Part shown: one piece after another, positions 41,231-54,004 of the stretch
How positions within the stretch are numbered: the stretch's first letter is position 1
How the letters are laid out: every line of letters starts with the position of its first letter
Assembly: GCA_951406725.2 (NCBI GenBank)
Contig: OX597816.1
Span: 1,240,001-1,304,000, forward strand
Length of the DNA stretch: 64,000 bases
Reading direction: 5' to 3'
Source: Octopus vulgaris
Lineage: Eukaryota
Position numbers and translations under genes: made by a program
Notes under the pieces: generated by a model
Told to the model about the DNA's origin: nothing
The model's input: the letters and a program-made list of their open reading frames with translations, nothing else
The model's database searches: none

Positions 41231-42355
41231 GCCTCCTGGAGCACCTTCATGCTTCTGGGATGTGTGCCTGGCATTGTGTTCTTATATCTGTGGCGATTAG
41301 CATGGTGCAGACTCCTCCTCTTATTATTATTATTATTTTTATTATTATTATTATCATCATCATCGTCGTCGTCGTCGTCGTTGTTGTTGTTGTTGTTGTT
41401 GTTATTATTATTACTGACAGTGAGAAGAATCAGGAAAAAACAACAAAAAGTTCATAGAGAAAACCAAAAGTTAGATCCGCTGCTTACGCCACTGTTCTTA
41501 GAATCCTGTTTCTACTTCTTCAGAATTATTGAAACCCAATGATAAGAAGATATCTTGGTTAAATGTCAAACACGAATGTTTCAGAGTGTTTCAGAGGAAT
41601 CTTATTAAAATGAGAGGCAAATAGAGACGGCTGTCAGCTCTCTTAAAACTTGTTTACGTAAACCATTTACAAGCATGATGACCTTGCTTACTTACTGCTA
41701 CTTTAATATACAAGACAATATGGGTGGTGTACGGTGGTGAGTAGACCTGTATCTATTTATCTATCCATCTATCTATCCGTCTCTGCCTATCTATCTGTCT
41801 ACCTATCTGTCTCAACTTCTGGCATGAAATTGATCAGTAAATTAGCAGCTAAGACACTATTGTATTGCATTTTCTTTTTCTTCTTAACAGTATTATTATT
41901 AATAAATCTCTGAACGTATAAATATATATATACATGCACATGTATGTACAACACACACACACACACACACACACTAGTGCAGTACTCATCAAAATGACAG
42001 GATCAGGGATGCATTCTCTCAATGTGTGTAAGAGGAAGATAAAAACAGTATTGTGAAAAGAGCAAGGCAGAGATGGTGATATTTGCTTCCAAAGAGAGAT
42101 ATAGAGAGAGCTGTGTTGGTGGTAGAAGTAAGAGTACATAGAATGTGTGTGTGTGTGTATCGAAGAGAGAAGAACTCGTAAGTGTCTATTTGTGGGTATA
42201 GGGTCAGTTAGTGAGATGACCTATATATATGTGTGCATGTGTGTGTGTGTTTGTGTGTGTATGTACAGATGGATATGTATATATGTAGATGTGCGCATGT
42301 GAAGTTATAAAGACAAATGAAGTGAACATCCATGTATTCTTGATATACAAGAGCA

Positions 42356-42493
<138 letters not shown>

Positions 42494-42926
42494 GTTACAA
42501 AACTGACACCAGATAGAGCCCTCTATTAAACAGTTCAGTTGCTATGAAATTCCATCCAAGATGTCTGCAGTAAGGGATACATGTACTTCTCCACCCCCAT
42601 TTACTTCACCTCATTCTCCAAACACACACTTCTTTCGGTTCCCTTACTGTCCCCTTTAAACGTCCCCCTTACAAATATACCTTACTCTTTTTCTTTATTG
42701 ATCATTTAACTGGCCCCTCCCCTTTAAACTCACATGCACGAATCACTCATTGTTAGCTGATATATGTTAAAGGTTGGGTTACTTAGTACAGCACAAACAG
42801 GTGAGGAAAGTGACCCCTTCTGACTAAAACGTAAATTTAAAACCTTTTTTGGAGGAATTCTGCATCATTTCCTTCTTTAACATTGGAAATTTAAAAATAG
42901 AGGTAAAGAGGGAGGGAGAGAGAATG

Positions 42927-42966
<40 letters not shown>

Positions 42967-43484
42967 GATATTGTATTGTTCAAGAAAACGACTGAACTTA
43001 ACTCAAGTGTTGTTTAGAGTGCGTCAGAAAAGCCTCCCATATTTTAGACAGCCACTTGTGTGGCACCAAGGAAGCTGAGCAGGTGATAATGAAGTCTTTC
43101 TGTCGTTAATGTTTTAGCATCATTTTCTTTTTTATTAATGATGGTTTTGGATTGATGCATGTTGTGTGATGTTTTGTTAAAATGTTTAACAAAGAATGGG
43201 GAATAAGGGACGGGTTTTTGCTGCACCCTGTATACAGCTGCTGGTCAATTAGTTAACCTATGAGGAAGAGTGGGGGTGGATACACGTGTGTGTGTGTGTG
43301 CTTGCTTCCCAACCACATGGTTTCAGGTTCAGTCACACTGTGTGACATCTTGGACAAGGGTCTACTGCTATACCCTCATGCCAACCAAAGCATCATGACT
43401 GAATTTGGTTGGCAGAAATTCCCAAAGTGTGTGTGAAAGTGCTTCAGCCTCTTTTAATTGGGACACACACACAGACACACACAG

Positions 43485-43515
<31 letters not shown>

Positions 43516-43810
43516 TGCACGCACAATCCTTTTGTTTGTATATATTCGCATCATGTGAAACACTAAAATCTATAATCTATCAAACATAATCTATATGATA
43601 TCAATCTGTGATCAAAGATACTAATCATCTTTAAGCTGTAAACCTTGGTGACCAATGACACAAATCACTCACAATAGCACAACAAATAGTTTTAGATTTC
43701 AACTTTCGTAAACAGGAGAGAGGTTTGACACTTTTTCACTCCTGGTCTTGTGTGTCTGAGTCTGTATTATATATACATACATACATATATATTATATATA
43801 TATATAACAT

Positions 43811-44177
43811 TAGCTTCAAGGTTCATCCAAGACTGGGACCATGGGCCATACGTCCCCTGCCCAATTCAAAATCACAGCATACATGTACACTGCAACATAA
43901 TTTCTTTTCCTCAACAGGCCCTGCCCTATTTAACATTGTCCCGAGGGAGATCAAAGAGGAAAAGGATCCCATCAACTTTAAACGGAGTCTGGATAGATTG
44001 CTTCAAAGAATACCAGATAAGCCACCCATAATTGAATACAACTCACCCAACAAGAACTCACTACTTGAACAAAACTTGACTTAAACAGGATTCGAATAAT
44101 CCTATCAGGTGGTGCTATTAAGTTAGACATGGCCTGGACCAATCTTTGGTCGAAACATATATAAGTTATCTAAGTTA
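43811..44177 (+). mobile_element. CR1-group LINE 3' fragment
   Basis: FSSTGPALFNIVPREIK...FKRSLDRLLQRIPDKP...NSLL matches the CR1-group ORF2 C-terminus pattern. Followed by a short 3' UTR with GACCA/TGGTC hairpin and TAAGTTA repeats; flanked by (TA)n. Confidence 0.65.
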
Positions 44178-44204
44178 TATATATATATACATATACATAT
44201 ATAC

Positions 44205-44247
<43 letters not shown>

Positions 44248-44412
44248 TACGACAGGCTTCTTTCAGTTTCCATCTACCAAATCCACTCACAAGGCATTGG
44301 TCAGCTCGGGGCTATAGCAGAAGACACTTGCCCAAGATGCCACGCAGTGGGACTGAACCCGGAACCATGTGGTTGGTTAGCAAGCTACTTACCACACAGC
44401 CACTCCTGCGCC
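44248..44412 (-). mobile_element. tRNA-derived SINE family A (well preserved)
   Basis: Minus strand GGCGCAGGAGTGGCTGTGTGGTAAG...GGTTCCGGGTTCAGTCCCACTGCGTGGC...GGAAACTGAAAGAAGCCTGTCG, between (TA)n tracts. Confidence 0.85.
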
Positions 44413-44427
44413 TATATATATATATAT

Positions 44428-45025
44428 ATCATCATCATCGTTTAATGTCCGCTTTCCATGCTAGCATGGGTTGGACGGTTCAACTGGGGTCTGGGGAGCT
44501 TGAAGGCTGCACCAGGCCAGTCAGATCTGGTAATGTTTCTACAGCTGGATGCCCTTCCTAACGCCAACCACTCCATGAGTGTAGTGGGTGCTTTTTATGT
44601 GCCACTGACACAGGTGCCAGACGAAGCTGGCAGACGGCCACGCTCGGATGGTGTTTTTATGTGCCACTGACACAGGTGCCAGACGAGGCGGGCAGATGGC
44701 CATGCTCGGATGGTGTTTTCTTATTGTGCCACTGACACAGGTGCCAGACGAGGCTGGCAAACGGCCACGCTCGGATGTTGTTTGTTACGTGCCCACAGCA
44801 CGGAGGCCAGTTGATGCGGTACTGGCTACGGTCACGTTCGGATGGTTTTCTTATGTGCCACCCACAAGGATACAAATTCTATTGATGTTCATCTATTTTT
44901 ATTTGGTTTGATTTGATTTGATTTTGATTTTGATTCTGATTTTCACTTGCCTCAACAGGTCTTCACAAGTGTCACAAGGAGGAAGGTATGCACAGGTGGA
45001 CTGACTACGTCCCAGGTAGGGGTCA
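44428..45025 (-). mobile_element. RTE 3' UTR copy in inverted orientation
   Basis: Reverse complement of 46785-47267, with extra internal modules of about 63 bp. Confidence 0.9.
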
Positions 45026-45039
45026 ATATATATATATTC

Positions 45040-47263
45040 AGGTTGCTGAATAAAGAAAATGAATGGGATAAAGAGAGTCTGCCGAATGTTGACCCAACAG
45101 AGGGACCAGCTATCCGAGTTGATAGTTCCGTGGTAGCTAAGGCAATTAGAAGCATGAAGACAGGGAAAGCCCCAGGCCCATCAGGAATTACTGCAGAGAT
45201 GCTCAAAATACCTGGCAGTGTCGGCTATAACCTAGTCACCCGTATAGTCAACCAGGTGATACACGAAGGAGTCATACCCAATGACTGGTGTAGCAGCATA
45301 CTAGTCAACTGCTACAAAGGTAAAGGTGATGCCCTAGATACAAATAATTACAGAGGTATCAAGCTGTTGGATCAGGTAATGAAGGTTACGGAGAGGGTCA
45401 TAGCCCAACTAATTAGAGAGAGAGAGTTAGTTTAGATGAGATGCAGTTTGGGTTTGTGCCAGGGAAAAGCACCACTGATTCTATATTCCTGGTAAGGCAG
45501 CTGCAGGAGAAATACCTAGCCAAAGATAAGCCCCTGTACCTGGCTTTCGTTGACATGGAGAAAGCCTTTGATAGGGTCCCCCGATCCCTCATCTGGTGGT
45601 CAATGAGGAAACTAGGGATAGATGAATGGCTGGTGAGGGCTGTGCAAGCCATGTACAGAGATGCCGTAAGCAAGGTTAGGGTTGGCAACATGTACACAGA
45701 AGAATTCAAAGTAGAGGTTGGGGTCCACCAGGGTTCAGTACTCAGCCCCCTCCTATTTATCATAGTCCTCCAGGCAATAACAGAGGAATTCAAGACAGGT
45801 TGCCCCTGGGAGCTCCTCTATGCTGATGACCTCGCTCTAATTGCTGAGTCACTATCAGAACTGGAGGAGAAGTTTCAGGTGTGGAAGGAGGGTTTAGAAT
45901 CGAGGGGCCTTAGAGTCAACCTAGCTAAAACCAAAGTACTAATAAGTAGAAAGGTAGGCAATCCACAAATGTCCTCAGGAAGATGGCCCTGTTCGATCTG
46001 TAGAAAAGGTGTAGGTAGAAACTCTATAAGATGTACCCAGTGTAAGCTATGGACACATAAGAGGTGCAGCAATGTCAAAGGTAGGCTAACTGGGAAGATA
46101 GTTTTTATATGTGGCAGATGCTCGGGAGCATTGACCTCCGAAAATCTGCAGAAAACAACTTCCGTCACTTTCCAGGGGGAAAAATTAGAAGTAGTTGATA
46201 GCTTCCGTTATCTAGGTGACCAAGTCAGTAGTGGGGGTGGGTGCACTGAGAGTGTAACTGCTAGAATAAGAATAGCCTGGGCAAAGTTTAGGGAGCTCTT
46301 ACCTCTGGTGACTAAAGGCCTCTCGCTCAGAGTAAAGGGCAGACTGTATGATGCATGTGTTCGAACTGCCATGTAGCATGGCAGTGAAACATGGGCCGTG
46401 ACTGCTGAGGACATGCGTAAGCTCGTGAGGAATGAAGCCAGTATGCTCCGATGGATGTGTAATGTCAGTGTACTTACTCGACAGAGCGTTAGTTCCCTGA
46501 GAGAAATGTTGTACCTAAGAAGCATCAGTTGTTGTGTGCAAGAGAGACGATTGCGCTGGTATGGTCATGTGGTGAGAATGGATGAAGATAGGTGTGTGAG
46601 AAAGTGCCAATCCCTAGCAGTTGAGGGAACCCGTGGAAGAGGTAGACCCAGGAAAACCTGGGACGAGGTGGTGAAGCACGACCTTCGAACGTTAGGTCTC
46701 ACCATGGAAATGACTAGAGACCGAGACCTATGGAAGTATGCTGTGCGTGAGAAGACCCGGCAAGACTAGTGAAGCCATAACCCGTGGCCCCTACCTAGGA
46801 CGTAGTCAGTCCACCTGTGCATACCTTCCTGCTTGTGACACTTGTGAAGACCTGTTGAGGCAAATCAAATCAAAGTCAAATCGAATCAAGTCAAACCAAA
46901 TCAAAATAGATGAACATCAATGGAATTTGTATCCTTGTGGTACCAGTGCCGGTGGCACATAAGAAAAACACCGAAAACACCATATCCGAGCGTGGCCGTC
47001 TGCCAGCCTCGTCTGGCACCTGTGTCGGTGGCACATAAAAAACACCATTCGAGCGTGGCCGTCTGCCAGCCTCGTCTGGCACCTGTGTCGGTGGCACATA
47101 AAATCACCCACTACACTCTCGGAGTGGTTGGCGTTAGGAAGGGCATCCAGCTGTAGAAACACTGCCAGATCTGACTGGCCTGGTGTAGCCTTCGGGCTTG
47201 CCAGACCCCAGTTGAACCGTCCAACCCATGCTAGCATGGAAAGCGGACGTTAAACGATGATGA

Positions 47264-47267
<4 letters not shown>
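45040..47267 (+). mobile_element. Young 5'-truncated RTE-clade LINE (RT pseudogene with internal PHD finger)
   Basis: KAPGPSG, KGKGD..NYRGIKLL, QFGF, FVDMEKAFDRV, GVHQGSVLSP, LYADD, FRYLG, HGSETW, RLRWYGHV.RM, GRGRPRKTW. Frameshift near 45420-45440, in-frame TAG at 46374-46376, (GAT)n tail. Confidence 0.95.
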
Positions 47268-47312
<45 letters not shown>

Positions 47313-47399
47313 TGCATGCTAGAGTGTTTCCTGTCAAATTCAAATAATGGATAACTTCGGAACTGCACTTTCACCACCATGAGTAAGTACCCAGTATTA

Positions 47400-47620
47400 A
47401 GATTGGTTTCAGATTTTGGCCAGTGATTTGGAGGTGGAGAGGTGTGAGGTGGAAGTTGATTAAATCGGCCCCAGTACTCGACTGGTACTTATTTTGTTGA
47501 CCCTGAAATGATGAAAAGTTAAGTCAACTGTGACGGAATTTGAATTGAGAATATAAACACAGACAAAATGCCACTAAACATTATGCCTGGCGTGCGAACG
47601 ATTCTGCCAGCTCACCACCC
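47400..47620 (-). mobile_element. SINE family B
   Basis: Ends in GCCTGGCGTGCGAACGATTCTGCCAGCTCACCACC, the reverse complement of the family B head. Confidence 0.7.
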
Positions 47621-47758
47621 TACAGTCAGCATTAATATTAAACGGTATATAAATACATATGCACACACACACACACCTGGGTACGTACACCTTCTGCTTC
47701 TTTAACCTCCACCCTCCAAGTCTTTGTTAAGTTTATCCTTTACTTAAACTGTAGTTAC

Positions 47759-47792
<34 letters not shown>

Positions 47793-48465
47793 GCCTGCAT
47801 CATATATTTGGCATTTAGAGACAAGCTACTCAAGTTTAAATGGCTTTAAACAAAATGGTTCACCATTAAAAGAGCTTCTTCTCATTTATATTCCATGTCT
47901 GAAATATAGTCTCTAACCATCTTTCCTTACAGTCTTATGAAACTTCCTCGCCCCCACCCACTCACCCTGTCCAATCCCACTTCACTTAATTTCACCCCCT
48001 CCCCACTCTACCTTCAGGGTATGTCCTGACCCATCTCCACCACCAACATCTCTGTCTCCTCTTGCTTTAATCTCTCTAATCTCACCTCTCTCTCTCTCTC
48101 TCTTCCTCCTTCTTTCTTTTCAGACTGGAGTGACCACATGTCTCCTCTTCAGCAAGACACTTACCTCTATCCCTCCATCATATATTAATCCCTCATCGAC
48201 TGGTACAAAACCACCTTCCTCAATACTACAGGTTGAGGTGTCTTTGTCTCACAAGGTACTCGGTCACTCTGCAGGTACTGGTACCACATAAAAAGCACCC
48301 AGTACACTCTGTAAAGTGGTTGGCATTAGGAAGAGCATCCAGTTGTAGAATCCAAGCCAAAGCAGACCACAAAGCTCTCAGCCTTGCCAGATCCTCTCAA
48401 ACCATCTAACATTAAATGGTGATGATGGTTCTGTATTAAATATTCAATATGATTGTCCTTTGTCA

Positions 48466-48585
48466 GGTGGTGGTGGTGGTGGTGGTGGTGGTGGTGGTGG
48501 TGGTGGTGGTGGTGGTGGTGGAGGAGGTGGTGGTGGTGGTGGTGGTGGTGGTGGTGGTGGTGGTGGTGGTGGTGGTGGTGGTGGC
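48466..48585. repeat. (GGT)n microsatellite
   Basis: Direct reading. Confidence 0.97.
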
Positions 48586-49105
48586 GGCAGTGGTCACTCA
48601 ATTGTTCTGTTGTCATCTGACAAGAGAACGTTACTTCCGGCCAAGTGAAATACACCATGAAGCAAAATACTTTGAAATCAATGGAACATAAAGACAGAAT
48701 GGAAAGAAGTAAAAGGAAATACATCTTTTAGAAAGAAAAAAAATGACATTTATTCATCCACCTGGAAAATGGATTTCAACTTGTTATTAATCTTCTTGTT
48801 CTTATTTGCTGCCATTGGTTTGTTACTGGTGTTCTCGTTTAGACCCAGATTCAACAAACCTGTTTATCAAAAGCTTTCAAGCGTGACCATCCCAATTATG
48901 GTGGCCAGATTGGGCTACAATCAACGGATTTCATTACTTTTTAGGACCACAGGCAACATTATTTTATTCATTTCATTAATTTGCATTACCTTTGACTTTA
49001 AATTGAAAACTATTTTTTAAGTTAAGAATCCGATTGAATAATGTTTGAAATCCTCAACTATTTAAATAAAATCAACTTAAAAGTGATTCTTGCATAATAT
49101 ATCCT

Positions 49106-49136
<31 letters not shown>

Positions 49137-49324
49137 TGTCAGTTTTCCATTCTGCCATGGGGTGGACAGTTGGACAGTTCCAATATCAGCTTTAGCATGG
49201 ATTCTAAGGTTGAATGCCATTCCTAACACCAACCACCAGACATACCATGGATGTAACATTTGTAGTAAACACATAAACAGGGCAAATCTAACCATTTCTC
49301 CATAAATTTAAAACATACCTACAT

Positions 49325-49748
49325 ATTAGATGACTGGTGCAGGTATGGTCATGTGATGCGTATGGGACAAGGACAGCTGTGTAAAGAAGTGCTGATCTGT
49401 AACTGTGGACGGAACCTGTGGAAGAAGTAGACATGGGAAGACATGGGATGAGTCAGCGAAGCATGACCTTCAAATGCTGGGCTTGACGAAGGCAATGAAG
49501 GTGACCGAGATCTTTTGCAATATGTCATGCTTGAGAAGACAAAGTGAAATTGTAGTTGCAGCTGATGGGGTCACATAAAAAGCACCTTTTATGCCCTTGG
49601 AGTAGTTGGTGTAAGGAAGGGCATCAAGCTGCAGAAACCAAACCAAATCAGACTGGAACGTGGTGCAGCTCCCCAGTTTATTAATTCCATTCAAACCATC
49701 AAACCCATGCCAGCATGGAAAGCAAACACTAAATGATGATGATGATGA

Positions 49749-49751
<3 letters not shown>
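49325..49751 (+). mobile_element. RTE LINE 3' end
   Basis: YGHVMRM..DSCVKKC..G.CGR.R..KTWDE..KHDL, then 3' UTR and (GAT)n tail. Confidence 0.8.
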
Positions 49752-49788
<37 letters not shown>

Positions 49789-49789
49789 T

Positions 49790-49970
49790 TTTAGTCTTTT
49801 ACTTGTTTCAGTTATTTGACTGTGGCCATGCTGGAGCACCACCTTTAGTCGAACAGATCAACTCCAGGACTTATTCCTTGTAAGCCTAGTACTTATTCTA
49901 TTGGTCTCTTTTGCCAAACCACTAAGTTACAGGGATGCAAACACACCAACATTGGTCATCATGCAATGGG
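49790..49970 (-). mobile_element. SINE family B-related 3' segment
   Basis: TTTTACTTGTTTCAG...GACTGTGGCCATGCTGGAGCACC...GTAAGCCTAGTACTTATTC; same family as 1870-2045. Confidence 0.65.
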
Positions 49971-50011
49971 GGGGGGGGAAACACAGACACACAAATACAT
50001 ACATATATATA

Positions 50012-50400
50012 CAGTGAGAATTTACAAAAAAACAAAAGACAAAAACGGGTGCATAAACAACAAACAGATATATTAGTTCAACACTTGGGAAGTGAGAAAG
50101 TCTTTTACGTTTCGAGCCTATGCTCTTCGACAGAAAGGAACACAGAAATAAACAGGGAGAGAAAATAGAAAAAGGTTTAGTGGCTATCGATCTATCATGG
50201 CGAATGCCAGACAGAGGGGTCACACATATATATATATATATAGTTGAAATTTACAGAAAAACAAAAGACGAATACTGGTGTGTGAACGACAAGCAGGTGT
50301 ATTTGTTTGACACTTGGGAAAGTGAAAAAGTCTTTTACGTTTCGAGCCTACACTCTTCGACAGAAAGAAATAAGAGAAAATAAACAGAAAGAGAATAAAG
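50012..50400 (-). repeat. Two direct repeats 230 bp apart (Penelope pseudo-LTR-like), each with a hammerhead-like motif
   Basis: 50012-50170 aligns to 50242-50400. Both contain, on the minus strand, CTTT-CTGTCGAA-GAGY-nTAG-GCTC-GAAAC-GTA-AAAG. Confidence 0.6.
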
Positions 50401-52724
50401 AAACTTGTGGATTTAGCAGCCAAGCATGGCGACTGGTTGAGAAAAAAGATTTGACAGGAGAGGTTGAAAGAAGGGGAGATTATAAATACATGTATACATA
50501 TATACAAAAACTGAAAAAAGCCTGTTGTGTATATACATATATATATATATATACACACACTATATAAATGTGAGTGTATATGGTTATGTATGTATGTTTA
50601 GCTCAAAACGACTCTGAAATGGTGTATCCTCAAGAAAAATGAATTTAATTTTCAAATTCTGCATCCCACAGACAATGTCATCTATAAATGGCAATAAAAA
50701 ATATAAATTTTCTACAGAAATCGCTGCCCATTCTCAGTCATCATCAGTGTGTATCTCTTTGTATATATTTGCCAAACTCTTTGACACTCACTTTCTGTAT
50801 GTACAGAGTCTCATGCAATGTTTCCATTTTGTTTTAAACCTGGTCTCCTAATGTTTACTTTCATTATATCACAGCCACCATGTACAAAAAATGATGAAAC
50901 ATTTTTCTAAAACTTTTTCTGGAGTAAATGAATCTCAAACACAAATTCATTGTGAAAAAGCACATATTTGGCTGTTATTTCTAGCAGCTCTAGTCACACA
51001 CAAAAGCTTCCTGTTGACTCATTGGTGCTATCTTTACACTGAAAATGAGATTCTTTAATCCTGCCGATTCCACTATCTCTAGCAGACTTGGAAGATGCAC
51101 CAGAGAGGTTTCATTTTACCTACACTGCACTGTCTTCGATGCATCACTGCAAATTAAAATAAAGACTCTCCTTTATAATACAGATAATCTACTGTTTTTC
51201 ATGGCCATCTCTGCTGACCCTAAGGTGCATATTTACAGCTTGATGGACTAAGCTAGTAAAAGCTATAAACCTCTTCTGCAGCATCAGAGATGAAATATGA
51301 ATCACTGATAATTTGTTTAGTAACTTAATATATATCATCATCATTTCTCATCTGTTTTCCATGCTGGCATGGGTTGGACAGTTTGACAGGAGGTGGCAAG
51401 CCAGAGAATTGTACCAGGTTTCAATTGTTTGTTTTGGCAGGGTTTCTACAGCTTGATGCCCTCCCTAATCTAAAGCCAACCATTTTACAGAGTGCTTTTT
51501 ACATGGCACAGGCACAGGAGCCTTTTACGTGGTGCCAATGGAAGCAAGGGAAGCGGCTGTGGTGCCATGACTAAGATATCAATTGTGAAGTTCAGTCGAC
51601 AGGAATAAAATATCTTAAATTTAGGAAAGGCCTTAAAGCAGAAAATGAGAAATAGATATAAGAGGGATATCGTTGAAGTGATATAGTTAATGTTAAATGG
51701 AAACAGAATGATATCAAAGAGGAAAATATCACCTCATAATTTATTAAATAGTGTTGATGTTGTGCTTGTAGTTGTTTTTCCTTGAGGAAACAGCTTTTGG
51801 AAGTAAAATGCTTAAAGGCAATGGGGGGGTGAGGTAAGGAAAGATAAACTGTTGTTTTACCGAAGAAGCATTAATTAGAAAATGTTTCGGTAAAAACATT
51901 AAGACTCAATCTGATAACTTTGTTCAAATGTTTTATTGAAATTCTTAGATTTTCACTTTCAGCTTTTGTTGTTGTTATCCAACATGAAAAATACCATCAC
52001 TTAGGACTCGATGATTCTCCTCGCAAAAACATGTGTCTAAACAAGGCAGAGGAAGACTTCGTAAGCTCGAGTTTTTATAGCCATTTCCCAATTTTACATT
52101 GAATGAATGTCTGCCTATAATTTTAAAGATTAGACAAGATATCAAGTGACCATTGTTCAACAAATGGATTGTGATTTCATGATTGAATTCTTTGACAATT
52201 TATTCCTTTATATTGTGTAATTAAAAGGAGGGATTTTAAATTAGACAAATTGGATCAGAACAGTTGTTATATTTGATGGAACAGTGGTGTGATCATGAGA
52301 GACATATACCTTGATGTTAGGGTGCATTATGGGTAGGAAGCCATCTTACATGTTTGTTCAGAGTTGTGGAATACATAAAAGACAAAACAAATACACTCTG
52401 GAGGAGGATGTGACCCACATCCTTCTGGTAAAAACATGGAATGAAATTAGAATGGCTTTGAGTGAGTGCAGTTTTACCATGATTGGAATATGTCTGGCTG
52501 AGACATGTTATGAAATGGTTTCTAGCTAGCAACAATGTTGACAGGTGGAACTGTTGAAGGCTAACAGTGCTGTCTATGTTCATATGGGAGCCTGGGAGTA
52601 TGGCAGTGGTTGCAGTGCGGGTGTCAAGTGCTATGGCCATCATCAGGCACAGAGTTTATGAGAAGCAAAAATATCAATGGAGAACCAGCCTGGAAATCCT
52701 GAAAGACCAGAGGAGAACGATCAG

Positions 52725-54004
52725 AGGACACATAAGAGGTGCAGCACCATCAAAGGAAGATTAACCGAGAAGATAGCTTTTGTGTGTGACAGATGCACAG
52801 GGGCAATAGACACCATTGATGCTCAGAAAACAGATTCCATTACACTCCTGGGGGAGAAACTAGAAGTAGTTGATAGTTTCCGCTACCTGGGTGACCAAGT
52901 TAGTAGTGGAGGTGGATGCTCAGAGAGTGTCACCACTAGAATAAGAATAGCTTGGGCAAAGTTCAGAAAGCTCCTACCCCTACTGGTGACAAAGGGTCTC
53001 TCACTCAGAGTGAAAGGTAGATTGTACGATGCATGTGTGTGAACTGCCATGCTTCACGGTAGTGAAACATGGGCTGTGACTGCAGAGGACATGTGTAGGC
53101 TTGAAAGAAATGAAGCTAGCATGATCCGCTGGATGTATAATGTCAGTATGCATACACGGCAGAGTGTAAGTGCCCTGAGAGAAATATTGAGCATAAGAAG
53201 CATCGGATGTGGCATGCAAGAGAGGCATTTGCGCTGTTATGGTCATGTACTACGGATGGATGAGGAGAGATGTGTGAAGAAGTGCCACTCCCAAACAGTT
53301 GAAGGAATCTGGGGTAGAGGAAGACTCAGGAAGACATGGGATGAGGTGGTCAAGCATGACCTTCGAACGTTGGATCTCACAAAAGCAATGACAGAAGACC
53401 GAGATCTCTGGAGTTATGCTGTGACTGTAAAGACCCAACAAATAATGTGAGTTCATGGCTGTTTCCTGCACCAGCTTCACATAGAAGCCCCAGCCCTTCC
53501 AAAGTGCTTTGGATCGCAAGATTACCTGCTGTGCTTACCTTGGATCATAGGGTGATCTGCTGTGCTTGAGGAGACCTATTGAGTCAAGTACATCAGCATC
53601 AAAATAAAAATCAAATGGAAATTGTAGTTGTGATACCTGTGCCGGTGGCACGTAAAAAGCACCATCCAAACGTGGCCGATGCCAGCGCCGCCTTGATTGG
53701 CTTCAGTGCTGATGGCATGTAAAAAGCACCAACCGTACATGGCCAATGCCAGCACCGCCTTGACTGGCTTCCGTGCCGAAAAGCACCAACTGATCATGGC
53801 CGTTGCCAGCCTCCCCTGGCACGTAAAAAGCATCCTCTACATTCATGGAGTGGTTGGCATTAGGAAGGGCATCCAGCTGTAGAAACACTGCCAGATCAGA
53901 CTGGAGCCTGGTGCAGCCTCCTGGCTTCTCAGACCCCAGTCGAGCCATCCAACCCATGCTAGCATGGAAAGCGGATGTTAAACGATGATGATGATGATGA
54001 TGAT
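52725..54004 (+). mobile_element. 5'-truncated RTE LINE
   Basis: THKRC..CDRC (second half of the PHD), LEVVDSFRYLGDQV, LHGSETW, YGHVLRM, 3' UTR modules and (GAT)n tail. Confidence 0.9.

Noticed and set aside
44330-44412. tRNA-like A/B boxes
   Set aside because: Head of a multi-copy SINE; no complete cloverleaf, so not called as a tRNA gene.
44588-44870. Regularly spaced palindromic repeats resembling a CRISPR array
   Set aside because: The intervening parts are homologous to each other, the block lies in a LINE 3' UTR, and there are no cas genes.
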